Below are positions 1-15,081 of a stretch of 64,000 nt of DNA, piece by piece (within the stretch, counting starts at the first letter, position 1; the number at the start of each line of letters is the position of its first letter). Source of the stretch: Octopus sinensis (Eukaryota); assembly GCF_006345805.1 (NCBI RefSeq), contig NC_043017.1:19406001-19470000 (forward strand). Direction: 5' to 3'. The notes beneath the pieces are model-generated. The model was given only the letters and a program-made list of their open reading frames with translations. It made no database searches and was not told where the DNA came from. The position numbers and the translations under genes were made by a program.

Positions 1-3000
1 ACTCTTCTCCTTTTAACATACATTTTTTTGTGTGTGAAACTTTCAAAAGTGTCATTGTAAATACTTAAATGGAAAACTGGATAAATTAGCAGATACAAAA
101 AAAATGAATAATTAAATAGCTGATGTTAATTAGCCAGAGATGACATAAGCAAGAAAAGTGGTAATTAAGTTAGTGTTAATGACCATCAATGAAATCTAAT
201 TAGAAATATTTGTGCATTGAGGAAAAAGACAACATTAGCTGAATAACTTATTATTAATTGATTTTTGTGTGCAAGAAGTGGAGTTAATTCTGGACATGTT
301 TAAGTCTTATTGGACCTCCTCAGCAAAACATAGACTTGAGATATTAAAGAGAGAATCACTGTGTAAATATTAGGATACTGTAGATGATTAGGTGTGAAAA
401 ATTAGCATGTTGAGAAATGAATTAGTTACTCAGTAACACCATCTGTATGGAAAAACAATAGTTAAGTTAGTGGTAACATTCAAAATAAAAAAAAATTTTC
501 TCTAATAATTATAATAATGCCAGAAGACAAATCCTATACCTGATACAATTATTGTTTAATATTTGTAAAGCAGCTGGTTGCAGAGTGGAGTGGGGGATGA
601 GAATTGAGATAAGGCGGAATGGGAATGATAAAAAAAAAAAGAAAAAAAATTAAATAAAAACTTTAAATGTTAGATGAAAATATCAAAACTTAAATCCCTT
701 AAATATCATTGGCCCCCTCATAATTTTTAGGAATTCATCCTCTATGAAAGAAAATTTTTTTAGCATAGTTCCAAAAGACCACCAATTGTTTGGGGGAAGG
801 TGGGGGGTGGGTAGTCGGTCGATGCTAGTGCCCCCCCCCACCTCCCAGTAGTGGAACAGTACCATAATTTGTTGATACCCTGGAGAGAGAAAGGTAACTC
901 CAACAGGATTTGAACTCAGAAGAGGAAAAACCAGAACAAATTCAAGACGTTTTTTCCCTCATCAAGGTAATGGTTCTGCCGATTTAACTCCCTTAATAAT
1001 GGTTTCAAATTTTGGCACTGGACCAGTCGGAAGGATGAATGGCAAAGTCAACCCCAACAGAATTGGAGTTCAAAACACAAAGACTGTGAAGGAATGCTGT
1101 GAAGCATTTTGTCCAATTCCTCAACAATTCTATCAGCTTGCCATCTTGGAACTTTTTAGCATCCAGATTATTCAGACAAATGTAATGGTTATCCCTCCAC
1201 ATTGGTCTGAATTAATCATGTATTATCTCACAGCTTTGAGATTTTGATGACGAGGCAGCTTACTTTCAGAATGACAATGTAGGGTAGGTGAGAGAGGCTT
1301 GATCTAGCTGGTTTCACCATAAAACAGGTAGAATATTTGGGCCACATATGGCTGGTTTAAATGTTAAAGTCAGGGGTGGACTGAGAGGCACGTGCCCTCC
1401 CACCCCGTGCAACTCAAGAAGTGCACCCTTCTAAATAATGTTATTACACCCTTTTCTCCTGGAATTGTATTCCCCTCTGACCTTGTGCCCTCCCTTTGGA
1501 AAATTCCTGGGACTGCACCTGAAAGGGTTAATAATCGTTTGAAATTTTGGCATAAGCCAGCAATTTCAGGACAGGGGTCGTCAATTAGATAGACCCCAGT
1601 GTCCAACTGGTACTTATTTTATCAACTGCTGAAAGGATGAAAGGCAAAGTTAACCGTGGTAGGATTTGAACTCAAGGACATAATACTAACTTTAATAATA
1701 ACTATTTCTAATCTGGCTCAAGGCCACCAATTTTTGAGGAAAGGAGGTCAGTCAATACTATTCAATTCAGTAATTGATTGATATTTTAATTTATTGTCCT
1801 GGAGAGACAAAAGGTAAAGTTGACCTCAGCAGGATTTGAACTCAGAGCATAATACACTTCAAGCTATTTTCCCGATGCTCAAACAATTCAACCAGTTTGC
1901 TGCCTTAATCCATTAGCATTCGGATTACTCTGTCAAATGTTAAGACCCCCTTTGGTCATGAATGACCATGGGATTGCCCCTGTCCAGGCAAGGTTGCTTA
2001 TGGAAGACCAGCAGTCGTCCATGCATGCCAACCTCCTCTCTCTATGCCACTGATGTAATCCAAGGGAAAGGCAAACACTGATACAGCTTGGCACCAGTGA
2101 CATTGCAACTCATTTCTACAGATGAGTGAACTAAAAACAACGTGAAATAAAATGCCTTGTTCAAGAACACAACACACAGCCTCGTCTGGGAACTGAAATC
2201 ACAATCTCATGATTGTGAGCCCGACAGCCTAACCACTGAACCAGGTGCCTTCCCATGCGCTGTCAAATGTAATGCTTATTTGTTCACTTTGTTCTATATT
2301 AATCATGCATTATCTTGTAACTTTGAGATATTGAGGATGTGATTGTTTGTTTTTACAATGACATTGTAGGGTAGGTGTGAAGGGCCAGATGTGGCCAGTT
2401 TGAACATAAAGCAGGTAGAATATTTAACCAAAAGGTTAAATAATGGTTTCTGATTTGGGAACAAGACCGGCAATTTTGAGGACTTTAGCACCTGACTTGT
2501 ATTTTATCGACACTAAAAGGATGAGAGACAAAGATGACCTTGGTGAAAAAATAGAACTCAGAGTCTAGAAAATTGCTAAGACAAGGCATTTTATCCAGTT
2601 CTTAAGTAGCTGTGCCAGCTCAAGGACAGGAAACGATAGACTTTATTTGATGGACATCACCAAAATAATACGGTCATATTTGGCTTTGCATCAGGAAACA
2701 CACACGAAGCTTAAAATTGCTTTGTCCATGACTAACACCAACCCATGGGGCATAAGTCTTCTTTTTTACCTTTGAAAAAGTAATATTTTTTAATATTTTG
2801 TTTCACTTTTTGCCACCACCAAGCCTGTTCCTAACATAAAAGGGGCCATGAATCTCTGGCCAGTATGTCTGTAAAGTCATCAATATTGTCTAATGGCAAT
2901 ATTCGGTGTGAAACCAATGGTAACATTCTGACCACTTACATGGTTCCATTGAGCTGAAATGTCTGTTTTGGCATGGTTTCTACGACTGGATACCTTTCTT

Positions 3001-3273
3001 AATACCAACCACTTTACACAGTGTACTGGGTACTTTTTTTGTATAGCACCAGTATTAGTGAAGTCACCAGGTATTCACAAGGCAAAATCCCTTAGCTGAG
3101 GGGAGTGCCGAAGGATGAGAAAATGAGAGATACATACACATAGGCAGTTTTTATTACTGATGTGAAATGAAATGTCTACAAAATTGGTGCTCATTGTAAG
3201 GATGCTGTGGCTCTCATCACATAAGGAAATGATACACAACATCAAGAAGATTCTATAGGAGTCACTTGAAGTC

Positions 3274-3572
3274 ATCATCATCATCGTTTAATGTCCGTTT
3301 TCCATGCTAGCATGGGTTGGACAGTTCAACTGGGGTCTGGGAAGCCAGTAGGCTGCGCCAGGCCCAGCCTGATCTGGCAGTGTTTCTACAGCTGGATGCT
3401 CTTCCTAATGCCAACCACTCCGTGAGTGTAGTGAGTGCCTTTTACGTGCCACCTGCACAGGTGCCAGACGAGGCTGGCAAACGGCCATGATTGGATGGTG
3501 CTTTTTACGTGCCACTGGCACGGGGGCAGACGAGGCTGGCAAACGGCCACGATCGGATGGTGCTTTTTACGT
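3274..3572 (-). mobile_element. SINE family C with (GAT)n tail (also 14794-14945, 26068-26300, 30481-30731 on +, 38115-38290 on +)
   Basis: Recurrent catcatcgtttaacgtccgttttccatgctagcatgggttggacggttc...gatctggcagtgtttctacagctggatgcccttcctaacgccaacc. Confidence 0.8.
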
Positions 3573-4211
3573 GTTCAATGAAAAAGAAAAATCTTTTGAC
3601 AAATTCATTATTTGATTTTAATATGGTGACCACATGTTTGAAGTCCTAAAACTTACAAGAAGGAAGGACATAGGGAGCAGTCATAAAATCTGATATCCTA
3701 GAAACCTGGCGACAATCTGAAAAATGTGTTCCTAGTTCTTCAAATTTAAATGCCATGAAATGCAAAAAATCTAATATTTGAAGTATCAATACCATTTTCT
3801 TTACCCTTCCACACTCTCAGACACAGAGAATGACCTCGAAATGTTAAATTTCTCATTATTTACAGCCAGTTTATTAGATTACTCTAAAAAATTCTCTCAA
3901 AAAGACCATATCCTTACCAAACCAAAAACTCACAGAAATGTTCAATCAATAACGTCTGCAGAATGTGTTGTTAATGATAAAATTCCTAAAACCTAATCTC
4001 TCTCTCTCTATCTCCACACATGTGCCTATAACTTTTGGTTATTCAAAATTATCTGATATTTCTTACAGAGCGAAGAAATTTACGCTAAAAAAATTAAGAA
4101 AATTTTCTTCTTTGGTAAATTGGTTAACCATGCTAATTATTATTGGAAGATAAGACTAAGTTAGTTGGTGAAAAGAAGTTATGAATTAGAAGTTTTGTAT
4201 GCCTTAGAAGA

Positions 4212-4311
<100 letters not shown>

Positions 4312-4508
4312 GCAATAGTAAGAGAAAAGGTTCAAAAAGAAGTTGAGTAGAATTAGCAAAATAAATAAGAAATAAACACATTTAAAATAACGAACAGAAA
4401 GAACTGATTAATTAACGTCACAATTGAAATAAATTATAATGAATAATTAAATTTAAATAAAAATATGATTGGAACAGAGGTCATTATTTTGAGAAGGTAG
4501 AAAGAGGC

Positions 4509-4539
<31 letters not shown>

Positions 4540-5667
4540 TATATGCACATATACGCAGTGCTATGTGTGTGGCAAGTTTTCTACGGCCGGATGCCCTTCC
4601 TGACGCCAACCCCCACCTGTTGCCAAGCAAGGTAGTTAAATATATATATATATACACACGCACACACACATATATATATATATATATACACACATATATA
4701 TAGATACATACACACACGTATTTACTCATGTATAAGTTGAACCCTGAATTTTCAGTTAAAATCAAGTTTAAAATAGTAAAATACTGTGACTTATACACAA
4801 GTAAATACAATATGTATGCTTGTATATATGTAATGTGTGTATAAATATATATATATATATACATACACACACATACATAAATAAATGTGTATATATAAAT
4901 AGGAGGAAATATGAAGAGAACTGTGATGGAAGAGGGGAGAAGGGTATGTACGAGAAGACATGAGGAAGAGACAGGGGGAGGAGAGAAAGGAGGTTGTGGG
5001 GTCAATGGTTAAAACTTACATGATTTCATGGATAAGGGGGGAATTTCAGCAAATATTTATGTTCGACGTCAAACATTGGTTTGGACCTGCCTTCCAGCTT
5101 AAATATTGATTCATTTCCTGTACGATGGGAGACAGTATATGATTAGTATACGATTAATTAAAAACAAACAGTCATCAAAATATATAATAATATATATATA
5201 AAGATATGTGTATGTGAATATGTGTTGTGTCTGGAAAATTCAGTGTAAGAAATTTCACTGTATAGGAAAATTTGCTATATGGATAATGATAAAACATATT
5301 ATATAAGCTTATTTTAGAATTTAAAAAAAAAAATTATAAAATGTTTTATAAAAAGCCTTTATTTAATGTCAAACATTAAAAAAAAAATGTGGTGAGGTCA
5401 TTTAAAATGGAATTTCTTAAGGTGAATTTTCCGATGGCAAAAATGGTTATGGTGAAATTTCATATAACCAGCATGTGTGTATGTGTTCCTCTAGAATAAA
5501 AACCAAATTTGGACCACCTTGACAAAGACAATTTTCATGAATTTAAACTGATTCTGGATGTAAGACAGCAATTGAAAAAAAAGATTTGTAATTATTAATG
5601 AACTAATTAACCATTTAACCAATTAATTAACTCATCCGTTTGATAAATCATTTGGTCAATCAATCGG

Positions 5668-5784
5668 GGTTACAGTCATATCACGTTGAAAACATGGGCT
5701 CTCGTCTGATCACTAATGTTAAGCAATGTTGAACGAGTTGGAACTTAGATGTGTGATCCCTTGGGAAATGTAGGAGACGGAAGT
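5668..5784 (+). pseudogene. Near full-length degenerate 5S rRNA pseudogene
   Basis: ggttacagtcatatcacgttgaaaac...ctcgtctgatcactaatgttaagcaatgttgaacgagttggaacttagatgtgtgatcccttgggaaatgtagg is collinear with metazoan 5S rRNA, with many CpG-type substitutions. Confidence 0.8.
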
Positions 5785-6056
5785 AAAATTTTAATCCCTC
5801 TTTTGTTTTAATTTCAGGGTTGTGAAGCAAATGATTAACAAAGCAGCTAGGAAATATATACAATCAGTGCAAGCATGGCTGGGTGGTTAGAAATTTGTTT
5901 CCCAACCACATGGTTTTGAGTTCAGTCCCATTGCATGGCACCTTGGGCAAGTGTCTTCTAGCATAGTCTCAGGCTGACCAAAGCCTTTTGAGTGGATTTC
6001 ACAGATGGAAACTGAAAGCATTTTCTCGGAAGAAAAAGAAGAGTTGCCTCCCATGG

Positions 6057-6520
6057 TATTATGTAAATTAATTTTCTTATTATGAAGGCAGCAACTAAAT
6101 ACTTTGATTTTTGAGTTTAAGGAAGTACTTCTATTGGGTGAAATTCTTAGAATTTTTCTCCCCTAGACCAAGCAAAACTTGCAACACCTGTTCAACTATG
6201 GCCCAGGTTGTTCAAGCAGTTACCAGTCAATTTTGTATGGTGTACTTTCCTCTTTTACCCACCATATATACGTGACTAATGTTGTAACATTGTGTCTCTT
6301 AGATCCTCAAAGAGTACCTATGGTTATTTAGCCCAGCTTTAAAAGGGCTCTGTGTTGCTCCAACACATTTTCGTGTGTGTCCCTTCTTTGTTGTTGCTGT
6401 TTTTGAGAACACTACTGCTGCTTCATAGACCATAACCTCAATGCTACATCGACCATTCACGGCTAACCCTACACAAGCGTCCTGCCTCTGCGCACAACTC
6501 TGGGTGTTCACTATTATTCT
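6057..6520 (-). mobile_element. Degenerate Penelope-like retroelement, GIY-YIG endonuclease 3' end
   Basis: Minus-strand translation C..VNGRC..VMVYEAAV...CVGATQSPFKAGLNNHRYS, then TTLVTYIW..K....YKIDW...CKFCL...LNSK..VFSCCLH. This is the PLE GIY-YIG/CCHH pattern, with stops and frameshifts. Confidence 0.8.
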
Positions 6521-7919
6521 TATGGTATCATTTGTGTGACTCAGGCCATCCAGTTTGTGTGAACATGCCCTGCTTTCACATGAACCAATTCTAGCTAAGA
6601 GTTTAATAGGCTCTGTGTCTCAAAGGTAAGCTTAAGAGAGCAGGGGACAAGCAGAATAAACTGTAAACTTAGCAAAGGCAATGGAAAATCACTGCTGTAT
6701 CTTTTCCATGAGAAATCTTGAATCTTTAAACTTTGGCATACAAGTCCAAGATTGCCGATGCTGGTAGACATGGCACATGGAAGGAGAGGGAGAGAGAGAG
6801 AGAGAGAGAGGGAGGGAGGGAAAGACACATATATCATATAGTGTTAGAAAGATAACCCACCACCAAAAAATAAGGTAGGATGGTCACAATTTGGATGTTT
6901 TTGATAAAAGGACTGCCTAATCTGGGCCAACATAGGTAAAATTGTTAGCAGGAAAAAAAGCGAGAGAGGAAATGTGTGTGTATGTATATATATATATAGG
7001 TAGGTAGGGTAAAATCCAAGTAAAACCTTGGAATCCCTATTAGGAAATGAAACATGTGTAATGGTGAATAAAGAATACTAAAAAATTTCTCGACTTCCTG
7101 TTTTGTTATATGTGTGTGTGCGTGTGTATAATATTTGAAAGAAATGAATAAAATGACTTTTCTGGTAAATATTTTTCACTTTAAAAATTAGATGTTTACA
7201 AATTGTATCATTTACTAAACAACATAATTTGCGAACATTTAATTATTTAAGTAGAAAATAATTCCTAGAAAATTTTGTTTTTGGATTTGGTTTGCAAGAT
7301 TCTTTATATGAGTTCGTGTGTTGAAGCATATTCTGTTGTGTCTGGAGGGAGTCATTCTCTTTTAGTGCCTTATTATTTAACACACTCACCAGTAAAGAGT
7401 CAAGACTATTGAAAAGGTTGCAAGATGCAACGAAAATTTTAGAAAATAAAAATAAGAAATAAGTGGAAATTTTACCGGTGTGTGTGTGTTACATTATAAG
7501 GTACTAAAAGAGAATGACTCTACTCAGACACAACAGAATTCCTAGAAAAGTCATTCATTTTCTTCAAATATACACTAATGCAACAAGGATTTCCTAATTC
7601 TATTATACTGACATAGACATGTGTGTATGTGTGTGTTTGTATTATTGTAGGTAGGTAGGGGAAAGACCGAGAGAGAAGGGAATGGCTTGAGAATGTATGA
7701 AGAATTTATCTAGTTTGAAACATTTTTTTCTCACTCAGACATATATATGTACAAATCATACTTTCTTACAACAGACACGTGCCGTAAGGTGTGGCTTTTG
7801 ATTCTTATGACATGAATGCATTGTAAAAAGGTGTGAAGTCACACCTAGTCAATTATTAGACAGCAAAATCTCAATTCCAAAGAATTACCTTGAAAAGGAA
7901 ACAAAACAAAGTAAGGTAA

Positions 7920-8244
7920 GTAGATAGAGAGATAAATGGATAGAAAGATAGATAGATATAGATAGATTACATAGATCAATAGCGATAGAGACTGGAAGAT
8001 GGACAGACAGATAGGTACATAGAGACAGATAGAGCGACATATTAGATAGAGAGATAGATAAATAGGTAGAGCGACAGACAAGACAGACAGACAGATAGAT
8101 AGATAGACAGACAGACAGATAGATAGACAGACAGACAGATAGATAGACAGATAGATAGACAGACAGACAGATAGATAGACAGACAGATAGATAGACAGAC
8201 AGACAGATAGACAGACAGACAGATAGACAGACAGACAGACAGAC

Positions 8245-8283
<39 letters not shown>

Positions 8284-8284
8284 C

Positions 8285-8315
<31 letters not shown>

Positions 8316-8395
8316 TAGATAGATAGACAGATAGATATAGACAAATAGGCAGTGTGACAGACAGAGTGTCAGACTGATAGAAAGATAGATAGATA
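7920..8395. repeat. (GATA/GACA)n compound microsatellite (another at 11497-11720)
   Basis: Direct inspection. It explains the 207-aa YLSI/CLSV ORF. Confidence 0.95.
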
Positions 8396-10519
8396 GGTGA
8401 GAGGGAGATGGAAAAGAGAGAGAGAAAAGGTAATGGATGTAATGAAAAAGATAAAGAAACCCAACCAAGGTTTTAAGTTTCTGGGTACTTCATGAAAATA
8501 GTTTTAGAAGCGGAGATATGTTACAAGCGAGACATGACTGTTTTTGAGAGACATAAATAACTGTAATGGATATTTAGTTTATCCAAGGACGGGAGTGGGG
8601 GGGGGGGAAGAAGAAAAAGAAACCAAGATAAGGTTTAATGAAGTAAGGTAAGAGCCAGACTATATTTTGGTATGTCTAAAGAAAATGTGGTTTTGGCGTC
8701 GGCAGCAATTTAAAAATGATCTAAAATAAGAATATAGGATTTAAAAATCAAGATCAAAATTAAAATGTGAATAATGTAATGATATTATGGTGGAAATGTA
8801 AATTGCTTTCAAGAAATGCTTAAAATACAGAAAAAGGTATGAGATGATGTTGAGTTGATGAAGGTAGTAAATTCTTTGCAAGGTACATAAAGTTTAAATG
8901 TCTTGTTGAAGAGGTTTTATGAAAAACCTGAAAATATAGGACCAATCTGTGAAACATATTCTTCCTTTAAACATTACAAATTTCAGATAATTTTTTTTTA
9001 AAGAAATTACTGGATTTTTAATTAAAAAATAAATATTATAATTTTCATTTTGTTTGCAGCAATGTCGTAGATATTTGTACAAAATAATTAGAAATGAGTT
9101 TCCTAAAGTCCCTTATTGTCTTTCATTAAGAAACTTAGTCGTAAGAAACATGTATGCTATATTTCTATAATTTTCTTAATAATATTTGATAAATCTGTAA
9201 ACATTTTACCAAACTTACAATTTTTAAAATAAAGTCTTCTTTGTATCTTCAGCCAACTTTAGCTAAGTAAGGAAATATTTGAAATATTTTGGGCTTCAAG
9301 AATAACTGAACCATTTCATCTAATCAGAATTACTGCATCATTAGATTATAATTAAGACAATGTTCTGAGCAATGGCAAGATGAAATGTAGATAACAGAGA
9401 GAAAAAACCCCAGTCAAAGGGGGGAAAAAAAAGGAATGCCATTAGAGTACTGTAACAAATAGGTAAATGTATGTTATTGATAACTCTTAGAAGAAGGTGC
9501 TTCTTTTCCATTCACTTTGGTGAATGGAGTATTGATCAGGAGGAACTGATGTTATCAGATGGCATCCAATGATCATCAGGTGTTCTGACCCTGAACTGTA
9601 ACACACCCTCCTAATTGTGGGTGCTATGGTTCAAAGTTGAAACAATTAGGCACACACACTAAATAAGAACAACAAAATATAAAATATATATGCTTCTACT
9701 TTGGCATATTGAGACTTAGTTCTCATTTCTGTACCTATCTATCTCACTCTCATACACACACATATATGTATAATAAACATATTTGTCCAATCAAATTAAT
9801 GTATTGAGTTTTATATCCGATAATGTTTACCTTAAGTAAAATATATTTTACAACTCTAACATTGTTACATATTATAATATTTTTTTCTCTCCTTGTTTTT
9901 TCTGTGTCCCTTACTGTAGAAGAGCATAGACTCGAAATGTAAAAGACATTTTCTATTCCTGAGCATTATACTAATACATCTGTTTGTTTTGTACACCACC
10001 TGTCTTCGTCTTTTGTTTTTTTTTTCGTAAACTCCCCCTTAAATATTATAATGTATGTATCAAATTTATGTATAAATATACAATGAATGTAAGTATGTAC
10101 ATATGTATGCGTGTATGAAATTCCATTCATATGAAAGCTGAGAAGTGGAAAAGAACACAGAGTTTAATTCCAAGTTGTGAAGCAGATAACAAGCTGTGGC
10201 CAAGTCCCAAGTAAATACATCACAACTGTCATTGTTACAAACTGATGACACTTCTTCCATTTTGTGGATTACATAAGAATGTGTGGGATCCGTCAAATTA
10301 CATACAAGTAATATTTCTTTTGTCTATTCTCAGTGTTACCAAATATTTATTTTAACACATTCTAACCATTAACATACAATATAAAGATGACAAACTATCA
10401 GCTTTAGCTCTGTGGTAATTGCCTCCCTTGAGTCGTTCACCTCTCTTTTTATGAGTCAAATATATTTTCACAGCATCTCTGATCTTTTTCTTTTTAAATC
10501 ATAATCTGATAATCTTTAA

Positions 10520-10874
10520 CCCCTTACCCAACAATTATTTTGAAAATAAATGTAATTTTTCAGACATATTTTTTAATTGTTTTATTTTACTATGTTTTGA
10601 ATGGTGATTTCGAGGTATATTTCAAACCTTATTTATTATGAATTTTAATTCAATAATATTGATTTTAAATTACCGCTTTGGGCAGAAACGAGTTAACCCG
10701 TTTTTTTCATAATCATATTACTTTTACAAAAAATCATGTTATTTTATTTGGTTATCTTATTTTCCGTTTGCTGTCGATTTTGGCGAGTCTATCTTTTGAC
10801 GAGTTAACTCGCCAGAGATAGAAAAAAACGATTTCGGTCAAAACGCATCAAAACGGTTTCTGCCGGGTAAGGGG
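10520..10874. mobile_element. piggyBac-like MITE
   Basis: TTAA-CCCCTTACCC ... GGGTAAGGGG-TTAA: perfect 10-bp TIRs with TTAA target-site duplications. Confidence 0.85.
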
Positions 10875-11731
10875 TTAATGAAGATAATAATCCTTATTAC
10901 TCCAGCTAGACTGACACTATAGGCTTCTGTAAATTCATATTAATTTTTTTCATTTTCTCCCCTTCTAATTTAAATATGAAACTTTTAAATAAATGTTCAG
11001 CCTTAAGTCTTTTGATACTAATCTGCTTGAGACTGCTTCAGGTCCTGTGAGACAAACTTATTGTTTTAAAATAATCTAAATTAAACATTTACTTATACTG
11101 TATAAAATAATCTTAGATAATTAGATGGAATCATAATTTCTGAAATGTGTAATGTTTACTGAAGAAGAACATTACAATGTTATCACATCAATTGTAATTT
11201 CACAGATAAAAGGCTTTCAAATAATTTAAACTGTTGAGGTTTTTATTTTAGACATGTTTCAGGTTAGTACGTGAATTTAAATTGTATAAATTTTAATAAT
11301 TTTACCATTAATGCAGACACAATAAGTACCGATGTTTATGGTTTAGAAATAGCCTGAGATGGTCTCTTGTGTCATTGTTTCAATGCAAAAATAAAAGAAC
11401 ATTTCTTTTTTCATTTAAAAATAAGGGGGAGAGAGAGAGAGAGAGAGAATGATGGGGAGGAAGAGAGTCAGAAAGAAAAAGACAGACGAAGAGAAAACAG
11501 ATAGATGGACAGACAGATAGATAATTGGACAGACAGAAGATAGATTGACACACAGGTGGATAAACATATAGATAGACAGACAAATAGGTAGATAGATAGA
11601 TAAACAGATGCTAGACAGAAGACAGGATAGATAGTCAGACAAATAGATGGATAGATAAATAGAAAAAGAGACAGATAGATAGATTGACAGACAGATAAAC
11701 AGAAGGATAGATAGACAGAGAATATACCAAC

Positions 11732-11941
11732 CAAAGCATCACTCTCTATTCCGTCATTGGTTGTATTATTTTCAGACTTTGATTTCGGTGAGTCGGGGGG
11801 CGCTGGTTGAGTGTCATAGCCAACATCTTCTGGTCGCAGACGTTGCAAAGATGGCGCATCATGATTACCTGAAGTATTCCATGGGTAAGTTTCATTCACC
11901 CATTCTGCGGGGTCTTCCCATGGTGCCCTTCTACCGTAGAG
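11732..11941 (-). CDS. NAV2: NAV exon [21 protein letters not shown]...LRPEDVGYD...ESDAL (probably penultimate)
   Basis: Acceptor ttctattatctag, donor TTG|gttggt, 210 nt, phase 0-0. Follows a 19.26-kb intron. Confidence 0.93.
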
Positions 11942-14030
11942 CTAGATAATAGAAGAAACGAGAAAAAGAAAGAAGAGGATAAATGATAAGCTTCCTGGCA
12001 AACAGGACAGATTTATAAGGATGACGTCAATGTCTGAGGTTAATGAGTAATTAACAAAAATGTTCTGATTATTAAAAATCTTTCCATTTCAACCGGTTTC
12101 TGATTATCCCTGATTCTGTGAAATCGTATCACCTATTTAACAAATATTTATATTCTAATTAAAACTCACCATTAATTTTATGTTTTTAAGAGGGGCAGAC
12201 ATAGTTGTGTGGGTAAGAAATCTGCTTCCCAACCACATAGTTCCGGGTTCAGTCTCACTGTGTGGCACCTTGGGCAAGTGTCTTCTACTATAGCCCCAGG
12301 TCAACCAAAGCCTTGCGAGTAGATTTAGTAGATGGAAACTTAAAAGAAGCCTGCTGTACATATATATGTGTGGGTTGAGTGTGAATCTATGTTTGTGTTT
12401 GACATCACATGATAGTTGTAAATGAGTGTCACTGTTATACAAGCAGTGTCATTAATTTCTAATATTCTGCAAAAACATGTCCAGCCATGTGGAAGCCTTA
12501 CTTTGCTTGGAAACAGGTTAGGGTTGGTGTCAAGAAGGACATTTAGCCATAGAATGTCTGCTTGAATAAACTCCACCTGACCCATGCAAGCATGGAAATG
12601 TGGACGTTAAAATGATGACGATGATGATAAAGAAATGCATTTTATATTAACCCCACCCCACCAATGAAGTTTATGATTTAAAAAACATGGGCAGTGGTAC
12701 AATAATCTCTTGATTTTTTTTTTCTTCCCCAAAGGACCCTTTGTGTTGATATACCACAAAGTCTTTTTTCGGTTTTGCTCTTTTCACAAATTCTACCATC
12801 CACCATAATACTACTACTACTACTACTACTACTAATAATAATAATTTCAAATTTTGGCTCAAGGCCAGCAATTGCAGGGGAGGGGCTAAATCAACTACAC
12901 TGACTCCAGTGTTCAACTGGGAATTATTTTAAGGATCACAGGCAAAGCTGACCTTGGCGGAATTTGAACTCAGAGTGTGAAGACAGACAAAATACCACTA
13001 AGCATTTCACCTGGTGAGCTACTGATTCTGCCAGTTCATCACCTTAATAATAATAATAATAATAATGCTTTCTACTAAAGGCACAGGGCCATATGCTTTT
13101 GGGGATGGGTCTAGTCAGTTACCTCAACCCCAGTACTCAACTGGTACTTATTTAATCAATCCCGAAAGGATGAAAGGTAAAGTTGACCTCGGCAGAATTT
13201 GAACTCAGAACATAGTGGCAAATGAAATACCACTAGGCATTTCACCCAACATGCTAATGATTCTGCCAACTTGCTGCCTTAATACGATGATGATGACGAC
13301 GATGGTAATAATAATAATAATAATATAATAATAATAATAATGATAATAATAATGAAGAAAAAGATCCCTTATGATTTGTATAATATTTGAAAGATAAGCC
13401 GTATCAGAATTAAGACAGGCGTAAATATTTTATATTGCATTTAGTAGAAATACACGAAATTATTCAATTAAATAAATTGAGACAGAATTGATAAATGAGA
13501 TTGGTATGGAGGACAATGTAAAATAAATATGAAAAAACAAACCCCAACAAAACAAAGCAATTTTGGGTTGAAGAAGGTTGTTATTAAGTATTGGAGAAAC
13601 CAATCATATCGAAAATATATTTTGAGAGTGGAGGATGGACATTGTGTGTGTGTGCCATAGGTGAAGTGTACAAGTAACCTTAATAGACTAAAAAAAAAAT
13701 CAGTCAATCAATCAATCCATATTCACACGCACGTGCACACACATACATGTATGTGTATATATGTATGTATGTATATACATGTATTATATAATTTTCTAGA
13801 ACAAACAGAAATAAAATTAAATTATGAGTTTATGCGGACTTTTTGTTGATTAAGAAAAGAGAAAAAAAAAAATCATCCTCAAATATCCGTTGTGTCCATG
13901 TGTGTGTATATGTATGTGTGTGTGCAACAATTTATCATTTGATTTATGTTTGTGTACATTTGTGAGTTTGTGTCTATGTATGTGTGAATATACACACACA
14001 CACACACATGTATGGATATATATATATATA

Positions 14031-14092
<62 letters not shown>

Positions 14093-15030
14093 ACAAGTTA
14101 CCAGTTGATTTGTGTGTGTACCTATGTATGTGAGCATATGTATGTGTGTGTATACACACCAATATTTATATTTGATGAACAAATATTTAGTCTTGTTATG
14201 TAAATATATATTACTATCTATCTATCTGTCTATCTACCTACCTATAGCATTACACATGCAAGCATGCATAAATATGGAAGAACAGAACTCAATACATGTG
14301 GTGAAGTATGACCAGTGATTCAATGCTGAAAATTATCTCTGCCACACCTCAGAGCTTTTCTCTGTACTTCATCTTTCAAGCAACAAAAATAGAGTATCCT
14401 CTTCAGACAGAGTACTCTACGTCCCAAGCATTCCTAGTAAAAACACTCAGGAGTAGTCACTGGAAAATTCTAGATTTTGTAGAGGGGACAAAAAAACCTT
14501 TGAATTACTTACTGAAAATACAGGCTGAGTCAGAAGTCCCTTCTCTATTTTAAAACTATTTATCATTTAAATGCTAAAGGCACACTGAATCACCCCGTGT
14601 ACTGTTCAGTTATCTTTTATTTGTTGACCATGCTGGGGCACCACCTTGAAGGGTTTTAGTCAAACAAATTGACCCTAGTAACTAGTTCTAAGTCTAGTAT
14701 TTATTCTATTGGTCTCTAATGCTGAACTTCTAAGTTATGATGATGTAAACAAACCAACACTGGTTGTCAAGAAATAGTGTGTATGTATATATATCATCAT
14801 CATCGTTTAACGTTCGTTTTCCATGCTAGCATGGGTTGGACGGTTCAACTGGGGTCTGGGAAGCCAGAAGGCTGCGCCAGGCCCAGTCTGATCTGGCAGT
14901 ATTTCTACAGCTGGATGCCCTTCCTAACGCCAACCACTCCATGAGTGTACCATATATATATATATACATACATGTGTACCATATATATATATGTACCATA
15001 TATATACATGTACCATGTATAATATATATA

Positions 15031-15081
<51 letters not shown>

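Noticed and set aside
7845-8468. 207-aa ORF and the other YI/CV/poly-I/poly-L ORFs in the track
   Set aside because: They are translations of GATA/GACA, TA, CA and AAT microsatellites.
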